64,000 nucleotides of DNA from an uncultured OM182 clade bacterium (lineage in GTDB: Bacteria; Pseudomonadota; Gammaproteobacteria; Pseudomonadales; Azotimanducaceae): positions 6,672 to 70,671 of the forward strand of contig CAJJAA010000017.1 of assembly GCA_905182025.1 (NCBI GenBank). The letters run 5' to 3'. The translations under genes and the position numbers were made by a program. Shown piece after piece: positions 9,115 to 19,514 of the stretch. Every line of letters starts with the position of its first letter. Position 1 is the first letter of the stretch. The notes beneath the pieces were generated by a model that was not told where the DNA came from, did not search any database, and was given only the letters and a program-made list of their open reading frames with translations.

Positions 9115-10719
9115 TTATCCGAACCGGGGTGGCACAAGCACAGTGTCCTGTGGGTCGTCATTTAAATCAGGGAAATCGAGTGTGTAGTGCAGACCGCGGC
9201 TTTCTTTGCGTTGGATAGCAGATCGGATGATAAGGTCTGCGACTGTCATAAGGTTTCTCAGTTCAATCAAGTCGCTGCTAATCTTGTAGTTGCTATAGTA
9301 TTCGGCGACCTCTTGATTCAATAGCTGAACCCTGCGTCGGGCTCGCTGTAAGCGTTTGCTGGTTCGTACAATGCCAACGTAGTCCCACATGAAGCGTCGA
9401 AGTTCCTCCCAATTGTGTGAAATGACGACATCTTCATCTGAGTCAGTGACTTGCGATTCGTCCCAGTCAGGGATTTTCCAATCGCTGTTGGTCGCTGGAG
9501 TATTTTGAATATTCGCTGCAGCGGATGTGGCAAAAACCATACACTCTAACAACGAGTTGCTGGCCATTCTGTTTGCGCCGTGTAAGCCCGTGTAGGTCGA
9601 CTCACCGACAGCGTACAGATGAGGAATGTCGGTGCGTCCATTTGTGTCCGTCATGATGCCGCCACAGGTGTAATGCGCAGCGGGCACGATTGGGATGGGT
9701 GATTGTGTTATATCGATGCCAAGGCTGAGACATTTTTGGTAAATAGTTGGGAAATGACTTTTGATGAACTCGGCAGGTTTGTGCGAGATATCCAAATGAA
9801 TGAAATCGCAGCCTAAACGTTTCATTTCATGGTCGATGGCTCGGGCAACAATGTCTCTTGGCGCCAGTTCGCCTCGCTCGTCAAATTTGTCCATGAAGCG
9901 CGAGCCATCCGGTAGTTTTAGATAGGCGCCTTCACCTCGAAGTGCTTCTGATATAAGGAATGAGCGAGCTTCAGGGTGGTAGAGGCACGTAGGATGAAAT
10001 TGGTTGAATTCCATGTTCGCAACCCGACATCCTGCTCGCCAGGCCATCGCAATCCCATCACCGGATGCTGTATCGGGGTTGCTGGTGTAAAGATAAACTT
10101 TGCTTGCACCGCCGGTCGCCAGCACAACGTGTTTAGCGCGGAACAGTTCGACATGCTGCGTTTTTAAGTTAAGCACATAGGCACCAATACAGGCATTCCC
10201 CGATTGGCCTATTCGATCTGTTGTGATCAGGTCAACCGCAACGAAGTGTTCGAATATTTCGACATTTTCATGTTGCTCGAATCGCTGTTCGAGCTTGGAG
10301 GCTATTTCGCGCCCAGTTGCATCAGCAGCATGAATGACACGTCGATGGCTGTGGCCGCCTTCTTTGGTTAAATGAAATTCTTTACTGCCATCTGGCTGAA
10401 TTTCAGTGTCAAAGTCGACGCCTAGCTCGACTAGCCAATTCACAACGTCTGTACTATTTTCAACGGTGAATCGAACAACGTCCTCTTGGCATAACCCCGC
10501 ACCGGCATCTAAGGTGTCATCAATGTGGGATTCGATGCTGTCGTACTCATCAAGAACTGCAGCGACACCACCCTGAGCGTAATAGGTTGAACCTTCGTTT
10601 GTGGCTTGTTTGCAGAGCATGGCAATGCTGTAGCTTTTGGGTAATTTTAATGCGGTAGTCATCCCGGCAGCACCGCTACCGATGATCAAAACATCATGAA
10701 TGTGAGACTTAGTGTTCAA
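9115..10719 (-). CDS. nadB: L-aspartate oxidase
   Basis: 534-aa ORF with the FAD dinucleotide motif [10 protein letters not shown] and the fumarate reductase/succinate dehydrogenase flavoprotein fold. It is divergent from rpoE, as in E. coli and Pseudomonas. Confidence 0.95.
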   Translation of the reverse strand: MNTKSHIHDVLIIGSGAAGMTTALKLPKSYSIAMLCKQATNEGSTYYAQGGVAAVLDEYDSIESHIDDTLDAGAGLCQEDVVRFTVENSTDVVNWLVELGVDFDTEIQPDGSKEFHLTKEGGHSHRRVIHAADATGREIASKLEQRFEQHENVEIFEHFVAVDLITTDRIGQSGNACIGAYVLNLKTQHVELFRAKHVVLATGGASKVYLYTSNPDTASGDGIAMAWRAGCRVANMEFNQFHPTCLYHPEARSFLISEALRGEGAYLKLPDGSRFMDKFDERGELAPRDIVARAIDHEMKRLGCDFIHLDISHKPAEFIKSHFPTIYQKCLSLGIDITQSPIPIVPAAHYTCGGIMTDTNGRTDIPHLYAVGESTYTGLHGANRMASNSLLECMVFATSAAANIQNTPATNSDWKIPDWDESQVTDSDEDVVISHNWEELRRFMWDYVGIVRTSKRLQRARRRVQLLNQEVAEYYSNYKISSDLIELRNLMTVADLIIRSAIQRKESRGLHYTLDFPDLNDDPQDTVLVPPRFG

Positions 10720-11016
10720 TGTTTGGTATCACGTCGCGAAATAGCTGGTCAGATTACACTAGTTCTTACTTTGTTTTAAACAGACTGGACTTCTTTGGTG
10801 TAAAAATTTGAATTGTTGGATTTGATTGTTGGACCGGCTATTGTTTTGGTTGTTGTTGTTTCGTTTACCGCAGGCGCCGCTATTCGCCAAACGAGATGCA
10901 TCCGCGCGACGTAATTTGCGCGGCGGAGGTGGCGCTTCCTCAAACAGGAGTAGATACATTATTGTCAGCGCAACTGATATGATCGTTGCGTTAAAAATCA
11001 AAATTCCAAAAGAAGC

Positions 11017-11043
11017 GAACTATAGCGTTGAACAACTGTCTAC
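11017..11043 (+). promoter_or_regulatory. weak sigma-E/AlgU-type promoter candidate upstream of rpoE
   Basis: GAACTA-N16-TCTAC compared with the AlgU-type GAACTT-N16/17-TCTGA. It lies about 100 nt upstream of the rpoE start. There are three mismatches, so this is only a candidate. Confidence 0.3.
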
Positions 11044-11145
11044 CAACCCATGGAGTAAAACGGCGGATCCTCAAGCAATCTTTCTTTTATGTTACGCATT
11101 GCCGAAAAATCTGTTTTCAGGTCGTTTTCAGAAGGGGAACCGGTA

Positions 11146-11721
11146 GTGCCTAGAGAGGAAACCGATCGGCAATTGGTCGAGCGGGTCCAGCGCGGAGACA
11201 AACGCGCCTACGATGTATTGGTACTGAAGTATCAGCACAAGATTGTTGGGTTAGTGAGTCGTTACTTGCGGGATCAAGATGAAGTTCAGGATGTGACGCA
11301 GGAAGCATTTATTAAAGCCTATCGAGCCTTGCCGAATTTTCGAGGCGATAGTGCTTTTTATACTTGGCTGTATCGTATTGCGATTAATACAGCCAAAAAC
11401 CATCTGGTATCGCGCTCACGCAGACCACCGAGTACTGACATTGATATAGATGACGGTGAGTTTCAAGAAACTTCGGGCATTCTCAGTGACAACGAAGGTC
11501 CTGAGAACGTGATTGCCACCGAGGAGCTGCAAACTGTTGTTTTTAACGCAATCGAGAACCTAGCGGAAGACTTGAAAGTAGCGGTTACCCTGCGGGAGTT
11601 CGAAGGGCTAAGTTATGAAGAGATCGCAGTCGTGATGGAATGCCCCGTTGGCACGGTCAGATCGAGAATATTTAGAGCGCGTGAGGCGATAGAAAGACAA
11701 ATTGCAGAACTAAATGCCTAA
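11146..11721 (+). CDS. rpoE: RNA polymerase sigma-E (RpoE/AlgU)
   Basis: DRQLVERVQRGDKRAYDVLVLKYQHKI aligns with the RpoE N-terminus. GTG 11146 gives the usual length of about 192 aa; the ORF-track start at 11089 would add 19 aa. Confidence 0.9.
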   Translation: MPREETDRQLVERVQRGDKRAYDVLVLKYQHKIVGLVSRYLRDQDEVQDVTQEAFIKAYRALPNFRGDSAFYTWLYRIAINTAKNHLVSRSRRPPSTDIDIDDGEFQETSGILSDNEGPENVIATEELQTVVFNAIENLAEDLKVAVTLREFEGLSYEEIAVVMECPVGTVRSRIFRAREAIERQIAELNA

Positions 11722-11747
11722 TTTTTCCGAAATTCCTCAGCCAGTAG

Positions 11748-11776
11748 GGAACTTTTCGGGCAAAGATTGCTCCAAA
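11748..11776 (+). promoter_or_regulatory. sigma-E-type promoter in the rpoE-rseA spacer
   Basis: GGAACTT at 11748-11754, an exact 16-nt spacer, then TCCAAA at 11771-11776. The consensus is GGAACTT-N16-TCAAA. Confidence 0.5.
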
Positions 11777-11963
11777 TTGAAAGCATCACTCGAAGTTTCT
11801 AAAAGGGATGCAAAAAAGTCGGTAGACGGAGTGAGGCTATAGGACCAAAACGGGTAACCGAATAAGAATTTGTGGCAATGGGAAAAGGTTGTAATCATCA
11901 TAAATTGGTCGCTGTAGCGCGGTGTTACAGTAGATAGTGGGAATAAACAGTCGAGGGTCCGGT

Positions 11964-12725
11964 GTGACGGAAAAGGTTAAAGAGTCCATTTCAGCATTAG
12001 TGGATGAAGAAATAAGCGAGATTGAGGTACATCGACTGTTGCGTCAGTATTCCGATGATGACGAGCTGCGGACAACTTTTGTTTCCTATCAGCAGATCCG
12101 CGCAATCATTAAGCAAGAGAATTATCTTTCCCATGCACAACATGTTGTTCTGCACAGTAATATCTTAGCGGCCATTGAGTTGGAAGAAGCGCCGGTGTTG
12201 TCATCCGAAATGGCTAGCGCAAGCGCATCCCGATCCGTTCAAAACCGTGCTAGTAGAAAGACCTTAATGATGTTTCCCGAGCGAATGAAATTGCCCGCAG
12301 CCGGCTTTGCTGTTGCTGCCTCTATGGTTGTGGCCGTGTTTGTTGGCTTCAATGTGGTGGACAACCCGGCCAATGTAGCCTCTCAAGACAGTGCGGACGT
12401 TCTTGCTACACAAAGTGCAACCAATACGTCACTTGCTGCATCATCGACGCCATTGCCTCAAACGACTGCCTCTACGCAGCTTGATTCGCGTAGGACAGGG
12501 CCGCTGGACGCGCAATCGGTTTCAAACCAAGTCGCTATGCAGGCGGGTGCGGGATCAGATTTACAATCAGAACTTATTGAAGTTAACGACAGCCTTGGCG
12601 AATTGCGAGAGCTTGATCCAGATAAGCAGCGTCAATTGCGACAATACTTAAATCAGCATGATCGTAATATTCGCATGAACCCCTATGCGCGTACCGTCGA
12701 TTATAAGCAGCCAAAGCAAAAGTAG
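11964..12725 (+). CDS. rseA: anti-sigma-E factor RseA/MucA
   Basis: The N-terminus (M)TEKVKESISALVDEEISEIEVHRLL is RseA/MucA-like. It has a central TM segment (AAGFAVAASMVVAVFVGF) and a Q-rich periplasmic tail. GTG 11964 is preceded by GAGGG. Confidence 0.8.
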   Translation: MTEKVKESISALVDEEISEIEVHRLLRQYSDDDELRTTFVSYQQIRAIIKQENYLSHAQHVVLHSNILAAIELEEAPVLSSEMASASASRSVQNRASRKTLMMFPERMKLPAAGFAVAASMVVAVFVGFNVVDNPANVASQDSADVLATQSATNTSLAASSTPLPQTTASTQLDSRRTGPLDAQSVSNQVAMQAGAGSDLQSELIEVNDSLGELRELDPDKQRQLRQYLNQHDRNIRMNPYARTVDYKQPKQK

Positions 12726-12728
12726 CCG

Positions 12729-13739
12729 ATGATGCGTATTTTCGAACTTCCTCTGATGATCGTGCTGGGGTTATCAGCCACGCACAGCTTCGCTGATGCG
12801 GCGGAACAGACAGTAGAAGGTTTGTTGTCTGAAGCGCAGCCTGAAAACGCATTGACTCAAGGTCTTACCGCAGCCGAATGGCTTGAAAAGATGGACATCG
12901 CTCAGAGGGAGCTGTCATATCGCGGCACATTTATTTATATGCGCGGCGCTCAGTTTGAAACGGTCGAGGTCGCGCACCAATTTGTTGATGGTCAAGAAAG
13001 ACGACGACTCACCAGTCTTAGTGGTCCCGAGAGAGAAATTATTCATAGTGACGATGAGGTCATTTGCCGTCATCTGCCAGGTAGCGACTTTGATCCTGGT
13101 CATGATTTGCCGGTAGGGCCTTTTTCCTCGGTGTTTAGCAAAATTTTAAGTTCCAATCATGCGATGTATCAGATAACAATGAGGGGTGCTGGCAGAATAG
13201 CGGGTCGACCCGCTGTTAAAATCCGTATCACGCCACAGCATGAAGACCGCTACGGTTATCAAATTTGGTTGGATCAAGAAACAGGACTGTTACTGAGATC
13301 TGATTTGGTGAATCGTGGCAGAGTGCTCGAACTATTTCAGTTTTCTGATATAGAGATGGGTCAAGAGCTCGACGCTTCAATTTTTGCCGCGACGATGAAT
13401 GACAACTCGCAAAGTCATTCGCTTGTGCAGGCCACTCCTCGTCTAGCACTGAGTGGTAAACCCAAAAACTGGAAAGTTTCCTGGGTACCCAATGGCTTTA
13501 AGGCGGTAAATCCTCACAATGGTAATGGTATGGTGTTTTCTGATGGTATTGCCAATTTGTCAGTATTTGTTGAACAAAGTATTAACACGAGTTTAGGTGA
13601 TATGCACACCTCTGTTGGAGGTACCGTTGTGCTGACCCGTCAAATCAAAGGCTCTTCGCAACAGATTACGGTTGTTGGTGAAGTGCCCGTGTTGACTGCT
13701 CAGAAAATAGCAGAATCTATCGAACCCGTTATCTACTAG
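12729..13739 (+). CDS. rseB: sigma-E regulatory protein RseB/MucB
   Basis: 336-aa ORF with a signal peptide. The YRGTFIY... block is typical of RseB. It occupies the operon position after rseA. Confidence 0.85.
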   Translation: MMRIFELPLMIVLGLSATHSFADAAEQTVEGLLSEAQPENALTQGLTAAEWLEKMDIAQRELSYRGTFIYMRGAQFETVEVAHQFVDGQERRRLTSLSGPEREIIHSDDEVICRHLPGSDFDPGHDLPVGPFSSVFSKILSSNHAMYQITMRGAGRIAGRPAVKIRITPQHEDRYGYQIWLDQETGLLLRSDLVNRGRVLELFQFSDIEMGQELDASIFAATMNDNSQSHSLVQATPRLALSGKPKNWKVSWVPNGFKAVNPHNGNGMVFSDGIANLSVFVEQSINTSLGDMHTSVGGTVVLTRQIKGSSQQITVVGEVPVLTAQKIAESIEPVIY

Positions 13740-13753
13740 CCGGTGCTCCGATT

Positions 13754-14158
13754 TTGACGGTTCATATTGGCAATTTATTAGACAATAAAGTCATCACGTT
13801 TCCTAAAGCAGGGTGTCATTCCTGCGCCCAGACCTGTCGGCAATCTAAATCCATTAACATTGAACTTCCTGCGTCAGAATTACGTAAGTTAACAGACTCG
13901 CAGCGAGTTGAACTCGTTATGAATTCGAGTCTACAGATGAAGCTTATGCTGAACTCGATCCTATTGCCCTTGTTTGGTTTTGTCACAGGTGCACTCGTTT
14001 CAGATTCGCTGCAACTCAATGATTTTGGGGCGGTAACCTGCTCCCTAATTGGTTTGGCACTTGGGATACTCGCTTGTCGACGCTTCTCCTATTCTCATTT
14101 GCAGATCTCGGATCCTTCAGTTTCTGTAAGACCCACAATTTCAGTAAGCCAAAAATAG
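13754..14158 (+). CDS. rseC: RseC/MucC family protein
   Basis: 134-aa ORF with an N-terminal Cys cluster (GCHSCAQTC) and two C-terminal TM helices. It occupies the operon position after rseB. Confidence 0.7.
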   Translation: MTVHIGNLLDNKVITFPKAGCHSCAQTCRQSKSINIELPASELRKLTDSQRVELVMNSSLQMKLMLNSILLPLFGFVTGALVSDSLQLNDFGAVTCSLIGLALGILACRRFSYSHLQISDPSVSVRPTISVSQK

Positions 14159-14168
14159 AGGTAAAACC

Positions 14169-15569
14169 ATGCTGAGCACTTATCGAATTACTTTTGTATC
14201 GTTTCTGTTGGCGATAGTCAGTTCGGTGTTAATGGTGTCCCATGTTAGCGCTAAGTCTTTTCCGGAATTCACAGAGTTAGTAGAAGTTGCGTCGCCAGCT
14301 GTTGTCAATATCACTGCTATTCGAAACAACTCAAATAGCGTTCAAACCATGCCTGATCAACAACAGGTGCCAGAAATATTTCGGCGCTTCTTTGGTAACC
14401 CAGGGCAGAATGCACCCAGACCTTCGAGAGGCTCGGGGTTCTTAATTTCTGCAGACGGCTACATATTGACGAACAATCACGTTGTTGAAGAGGCGGACCA
14501 AATATTGGTTGCTCTCAGCGATAGGCGTGAACGAGAGGCTGTGCTGGTAGGCGCGGACCCCCTGTCAGATTTAGCGCTACTGAAGATCGATGAAGACGAT
14601 TTGCCGTCGATTAAGATAGGCAGCTCGGATCAACTGAAAGTGGGTGAGTGGGTCATGGCAATTGGTTCGCCGTTCGGTTTTGAGTTGTCAGTCACTGCTG
14701 GAATAGTGAGCGCGAAAGGGCGCAGTTTGCCCGATGAAAGTGGAAACTATGTGCCCTATATACAAACGGATGTTGCAATCAATCCTGGTAACTCTGGAGG
14801 TCCCTTACTGAACTTAGACGGTGAGGTTGTCGGTATTAACTCGCAGATCTTCACGCGCTCCGGAGGCTTCATGGGTTTATCTTTTGCCATACCTATTGAT
14901 GTTGCAATGGAGGTCGCAGATCAACTTAAAGCCACAGGGCACGTGTCTCGAGGCTGGTTAGGTGTGCTTATCCAACGTGTTGACAGAGACTTAGCCGAGT
15001 CTTTTGGTCTTGATAGAGCGTCGGGTGCACTGGTCACCGACGTCCTGCCTGATAGTCCTGCAAAAGCGGGCGGCCTATTACCGGGGGATATAATTCTTGA
15101 GTTCAATGGCCGAAAAATCGATTTGTCTTCCGATCTTCCTCATGTCGTGGGACGAACCCCTGCGGAAACAGTCGTCGATGTCCGCGTCATGCGAGCGGGT
15201 AAGCCAACGACGTTGAAAATTGAGATTGGCCTGCTGCCCGATCAGCCACAACGAATCTTGGCTGGAATAGGTAAAGGTCTTTCCCAAAATCGTTTGGGTA
15301 TCGAAGTTGAGACGTTGACGGATGAGCAAGCTGAGCGGTTCAATATTGACGAAGGTGTTTTGGTTACGCGGCTGGGTGATGGACCTGCCAGTACGGCGGG
15401 ATTGCAACGGGGTGATGTCATCACAACGCTGGACGGAGACGCGATTAGTTCGGTCGATCAGTTTGAAAAACTGGTACAGGCGTTGCCGGCGGATAAAGCG
15501 ATTCCAATAAGGGTTGTGCGCAATGAGCGACCTGAATTTCTGGTGATTAAGGTGCCTGCTGCCGAGTAG
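14169..15569 (+). CDS. mucD: periplasmic serine endoprotease DegP/MucD family
   Basis: Signal peptide, a trypsin-like triad context (TNNHV, DLALLKI, GNSGGPL) and two PDZ domains. The algU-mucABCD-type arrangement supports the call. Confidence 0.9.
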   Translation: MLSTYRITFVSFLLAIVSSVLMVSHVSAKSFPEFTELVEVASPAVVNITAIRNNSNSVQTMPDQQQVPEIFRRFFGNPGQNAPRPSRGSGFLISADGYILTNNHVVEEADQILVALSDRREREAVLVGADPLSDLALLKIDEDDLPSIKIGSSDQLKVGEWVMAIGSPFGFELSVTAGIVSAKGRSLPDESGNYVPYIQTDVAINPGNSGGPLLNLDGEVVGINSQIFTRSGGFMGLSFAIPIDVAMEVADQLKATGHVSRGWLGVLIQRVDRDLAESFGLDRASGALVTDVLPDSPAKAGGLLPGDIILEFNGRKIDLSSDLPHVVGRTPAETVVDVRVMRAGKPTTLKIEIGLLPDQPQRILAGIGKGLSQNRLGIEVETLTDEQAERFNIDEGVLVTRLGDGPASTAGLQRGDVITTLDGDAISSVDQFEKLVQALPADKAIPIRVVRNERPEFLVIKVPAAE

Positions 15570-15591
15570 TTTGGCAGATAAAATACATCGT

Positions 15592-15623
15592 CTATTTAGA
15601 GGGGTACAGGCACCTTTAAATAG
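15592..15623. repeat. inverted repeat with 11-bp arms (one G-T pair) and a 10-nt loop
   Basis: ctatttagagg ... cctttaaatag, located after the mucD stop. No T-tract follows, so this is not a canonical intrinsic terminator. Confidence 0.6.
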
Positions 15624-15714
15624 GCGTTCGCTGGCTGTTTATTCGCGTAAAGTGACAGTTTCCTATAGACTCCACGGCTTTTCTGGCTGAACTGGTTTAG
15701 ACCTTTATAATCTG

Positions 15715-17506
15715 ATGTTCGAAACTCAATATATAAGAAATTTCTCAATTATCGCCCACATTGACCATGGTAAATCGACCCTCGCGGATCGGTTCATTCA
15801 GATGTGTGGTGGTTTGACTGAGCGCGAGATGGGCAATCAGGTCCTAGATTCGATGGATATTGAGCGAGAGCGTGGTATCACCATTAAGGCGCAAAGCGTC
15901 ACGCTGTATTACACCGCAGACAATGGCCACAAATACCAGCTCAACATCATTGATACGCCTGGTCACGTCGATTTTACCTATGAAGTTTCTCGCTCGATGG
16001 CAGCCTGTGAGGGCGCCTTGCTGGTAGTCGATGCCGCGCAAGGCGTGGAAGCGCAGTCCGTGGCTAACTGTTATACGGCGATAGAACAGGGTCTCGAAGT
16101 TCTGCCTGTACTCAATAAAATCGACCTGCCCCAGGCGGACCCCGACCGGGTCAGCCAGGAAATAGAGGAAATTATTGGTATTGATGCGACCGGCGCGCTG
16201 CATGTCAGCGCAAAAACCGGTCTGGGAGTGGAAGACCTTCTGGAAGAGATGAGTCGAAGTGATTCCGCCGCCAGCGGGATCTCGTGAGGAAGCCATTTCA
16301 GGCACTCATCATTGATTCCTGGTTCGATAATTACCTGGGTGTAGTTTCTCTGTCAGAGTACAAGGCAAGTTATCCAAGAAAGACAAAATTGTTGCGAAGT
16401 CCCTAGGTAAAGTTCACCAAGTGGATTCCGTCGGCGTCTTCACTCCAAGAAGAACAGAAACAGGTAGTCCTCAACAGCGGCGAAGTTGGTTTCATAGTCG
16501 CTGGCATTAAAGATGTGAAAGGCGCTCCAGTCGGTGACACGATACGCTGAGTGCGAATCAGGAATCGGTGCCAACTTGCCGGGTTTTGAAAAATTAAAGC
16601 CTCAGGTTTATGCCGGGATGTTCACGTCAGTTCCGATGACTTTGATAACTTTCGGGACGCGCTGGAAAAACTCACGCTGAACGATGCTTCTCTTGCCTAT
16701 GAACCAGAAAGCTCAGATGCGCTGGGAAGTGGATTCCGCTGCGGTTTTCTCGGCATGTTGCATATGGAAATCATTCAGGAGCGTTTGGAAAGGGAATATG
16801 ATCTTGACCTGATCACGTCTGCCCCACCGTGGTTTATGAGGTGCTGACTAAATCAGGTGAGGTCATATAAGGTTGATAACCCTCTCAACTACCTAACCCG
16901 TCCACGATAGAAGAAATGCGCGAGCCGATTGTGCGAGCAAATATTCTTGTGCCGCAGAACACGTAGGCAGTGTCATTACGCTTTGCGTTGAAAGACGAGG
17001 CGTTCAAAAAGACATGCAGTTTGTCGGTAAACAGGTTTCGTTGACCTATGATATGCCGATGAATGAAGTCGTACTCGATTTCTTTGATCGGTTGAAATCG
17101 GTTTCCCGAGGATATGCTTCGCTTGATTATTCATTCGATCGTTTGAGGCGCGAACCTGGTCAGACTCGATGTGCTAATTAACGGTGATCGCTGTAGACGC
17201 ATTGGCAGTGATTGTTCACATGGACGATGCTAGGGGCAGGTTTGCTGACGAAAAAATGAAAGAGTTGATTCCACGGCAGATGTTTGATGTTGCTATTCAG
17301 GCAGCTATTGGTGGCCAAATTATTGCTCGCCAGACAGTGAAGGCATTGCGGAAAAATGTAACTGCCAAATGTTATGGCGGCGATATTTCCCGAAAGAAGA
17401 AACTATTAGAGAAGCAGAAAGCAGGGTAAGAAGCGAATGAAGCAGGTGGGTAGCGTTGAGATTCCGCAGGAGGCTTTCTCTCGCCGTACTTAAGGTTGAT
17501 AAATGA
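15715..17506 (+). pseudogene. lepA: elongation factor 4 (LepA), reading frame broken by many 1-nt indels from about 16250 onward
   Basis: The first 178 aa are intact ([28 protein letters not shown]). Downstream, the LepA sequence can be followed only by changing frame repeatedly ([85 protein letters not shown]). The stop TGA at 17504-17506 overlaps the lepB ATG. Confidence 0.9.
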
Positions 17507-18332
17507 GCGTAAATTTCCCACTTTTCCTCGTTCTTAGCTACCGCGTTCACCGGTGTCATCTGTGCTGCTTGATGGATTACTGGTGTCTTCGCCACGAAGA
17601 GGCTTAGCCGCCGCTGCCAGGCTAAAGGCAAGATAAAAGATGAGACAAAAGGCCAGCAAGCGATAGCGCAAAGATTCTCGCAGTGCCTATTTACGTTGAG
17701 TATTCAGTCTCCTTCTTTCCTGTTCTATCTAATCGTTTTAGTACTACGCTCCTTCATCGTCCGAGCCCTTTCAGATCCCCACCGGGTTCGATGATCCCGA
17801 CCCTTGAGGTGGGTGACTTTATCGTTGTTAACAAATTCACGCTTATGGCATTCGGTTGCCGGTCGTTGGTACCAAGATTGTTGATATTGCATGAGCCGAA
17901 GAACGGCGATGTTATGGTGTTCATTCCGCCCCATGAAGATCGAGTACTTTCATTAAACGTGTTGTCGGTATACCTGGTGATCGGGTGCGCTATGAAGATA
18001 AGGTTCTTTTCATCAATGGTGTTGAGCAGGTTCAGAAGTTTGTTGCTAAGATCCCTCCAAACAAGCCTAGATACGTTGTATATGAAGAAACATTGGGTGG
18101 CGCTAACCATTTAATCCATAAAAACAACTTCCGAGACACCCGCGCATATGAATGGGTGATACCTGAAGGCCACTATTTTATGATGGGTGATAATCGCGAT
18201 CAAAGTAGCGATTCTCGTTATTGGGGTCTTGCATCAGAAGAGAACATCGTCGGTAAAGCCTTCGCTGTTTGGCTGCATAAGGAGCCTGGTATGCACTTTC
18301 CGGACTTTTCACATAATGGCTGGATAGAATAG
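17503..18332 (+). pseudogene. lepB: signal peptidase I (LepB), N-terminal two thirds frameshifted several times and intact from about 17950
   Basis: Fragments in different frames carry the catalytic Ser box (IPSGSMIPTLEVGDFIVVNKF), the catalytic Lys-containing box (KR) and GDNRDQSSDSRYWG. Confidence 0.85.
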
Positions 18333-18360
18333 AACTTTCCTATAAAAAAGGAGTAGCGCG

Positions 18361-18735
18361 ATGAACTTTCCACATCATCAAAGAGGCATGGGCTTCGCTA
18401 GTTGGTTATTGGTCATCCTTGTTTTAGGTTCGATTCTCACAGTGGTATTGAAGCTTGCGCCACACTATATAGATTACAATACGATCAGTAGCATCATGGA
18501 TGAAATGGTGACTGAAAATGGTATGGCGGCGAAGAACAAGGCACAGTTAATTAGCGCCATGGAAAAGAAGTTGAAGATTAACCAGATTAGAACCTTCCCT
18601 TTAGAAGAGAATCTCACTTTGAAATCTACTAAAGATGGATCTCAAGTGATACTTGACTACGAAGTAAGAGAGGCTTTGGTCTCCAACGTTGATGTTGTCT
18701 TGTCCTTTGACAAAAAAATTGAGTTGCGTAACTAG
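18361..18735 (+). CDS. DUF4845-like small membrane-anchored protein
   Basis: 124-aa ORF with a single N-terminal TM helix. It occupies the lepB-rnc slot that I recall holding a DUF4845 gene in Pseudomonas. Confidence 0.5.
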   Translation: MNFPHHQRGMGFASWLLVILVLGSILTVVLKLAPHYIDYNTISSIMDEMVTENGMAAKNKAQLISAMEKKLKINQIRTFPLEENLTLKSTKDGSQVILDYEVREALVSNVDVVLSFDKKIELRN

Positions 18736-18839
18736 ATAGATCGGCGGGCCACCAAGTAAGGTCGCCACGAGTTTTCGATCTAACTTTCATAAAACACTAA
18801 TCAGGTATCGCTCAGATACCGAGAAGACATTGATAAGCA

Positions 18840-19514
18840 ATGGAAAAACTGCAGCGAAGTTTAGGCTATACATTTGCCAATCAGGATTGGTTGGTAAAAG
18901 CAGTTACTCATCGAAGTCACGGTAAGCGCAATAATGAACGGTTGGAGTTTCTGGGTGATTCCATATTAAGTTTCGTCATTGCTGATGCTTTGTACCAACG
19001 TTTTGCTGATGCAAATGAAGGGCAGCTTAGTCGCCTTCGCGCATCCTTGGTCAAGCAACAAACGTTGGCGGAAATCGCCCGCGAGCTAGAACTCGGCGAT
19101 GCGCTCATTATGGGAACAGGCGAGTTGAAAAGTGGTGGTTTCCAGCGCGATTCTGTCTTATCAGATGCGCTCGAAGCGATCATCGGAGCAATCTACTTAG
19201 ATGCATCGGTAGAGGTTGCTCGTGAACGGATATTGCACTGGTTCTTAGAGCGACTAGAGTGCATGACGACGGAGCAATCCCATAAAGACGCTAAAACTAA
19301 ATTACAGGAATTCCTGCAGGCAAGACAAGAACCACTTCCAAATTATGTGATTGTTAAAGTTTCGGGTCCATCCCATGACCAGACATTCGTTGTGAGTTGC
19401 AAAGTGAGTTGTTTAGCTGAGTCCATTGAAGGGGTAGGAAATTCTCGGCGTATCGCGGAGCAAAACGCTGCGACGAGTGCGCTGAACCAACTTGGAATTG
19501 AGCATGAACATTAA
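18840..19514 (+). CDS. rnc: ribonuclease III
   Basis: RNase III signature ERLEFLGDS, with a C-terminal dsRBD. Confidence 0.95.
   Translation: MEKLQRSLGYTFANQDWLVKAVTHRSHGKRNNERLEFLGDSILSFVIADALYQRFADANEGQLSRLRASLVKQQTLAEIARELELGDALIMGTGELKSGGFQRDSVLSDALEAIIGAIYLDASVEVARERILHWFLERLECMTTEQSHKDAKTKLQEFLQARQEPLPNYVIVKVSGPSHDQTFVVSCKVSCLAESIEGVGNSRRIAEQNAATSALNQLGIEHEH

Noticed and set aside
10759-11001. An 80-aa minus-strand ORF in the 426-nt nadB-rpoE spacer, with an N-terminal hydrophobic segment. Also a GT-rich tract (ttgttg repeats, about 10826-10870) and a small GC hairpin (ccgcgc N10 gcgcgg, about 10903-10924).
   Set aside because: The ORF has a TTG start, no Shine-Dalgarno sequence and a low-complexity N/Q-rich tail, and I recognise no family. 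It is more likely non-coding promoter or UTR DNA for nadB and rpoE. The hairpin is too short to interpret.
15715-18332. Reading lepA and lepB as genuine pseudogenes, which would mean loss of signal peptidase I.
   Set aside because: After re-phasing, the encoded proteins are highly conserved and I saw no nonsense substitutions. The defects are nearly all 1-nt indels confined to about 1.7 kb, all neighbouring genes are intact, and lepB is normally essential. A sequence-quality artefact is the simpler explanation, though I cannot prove it without reads.
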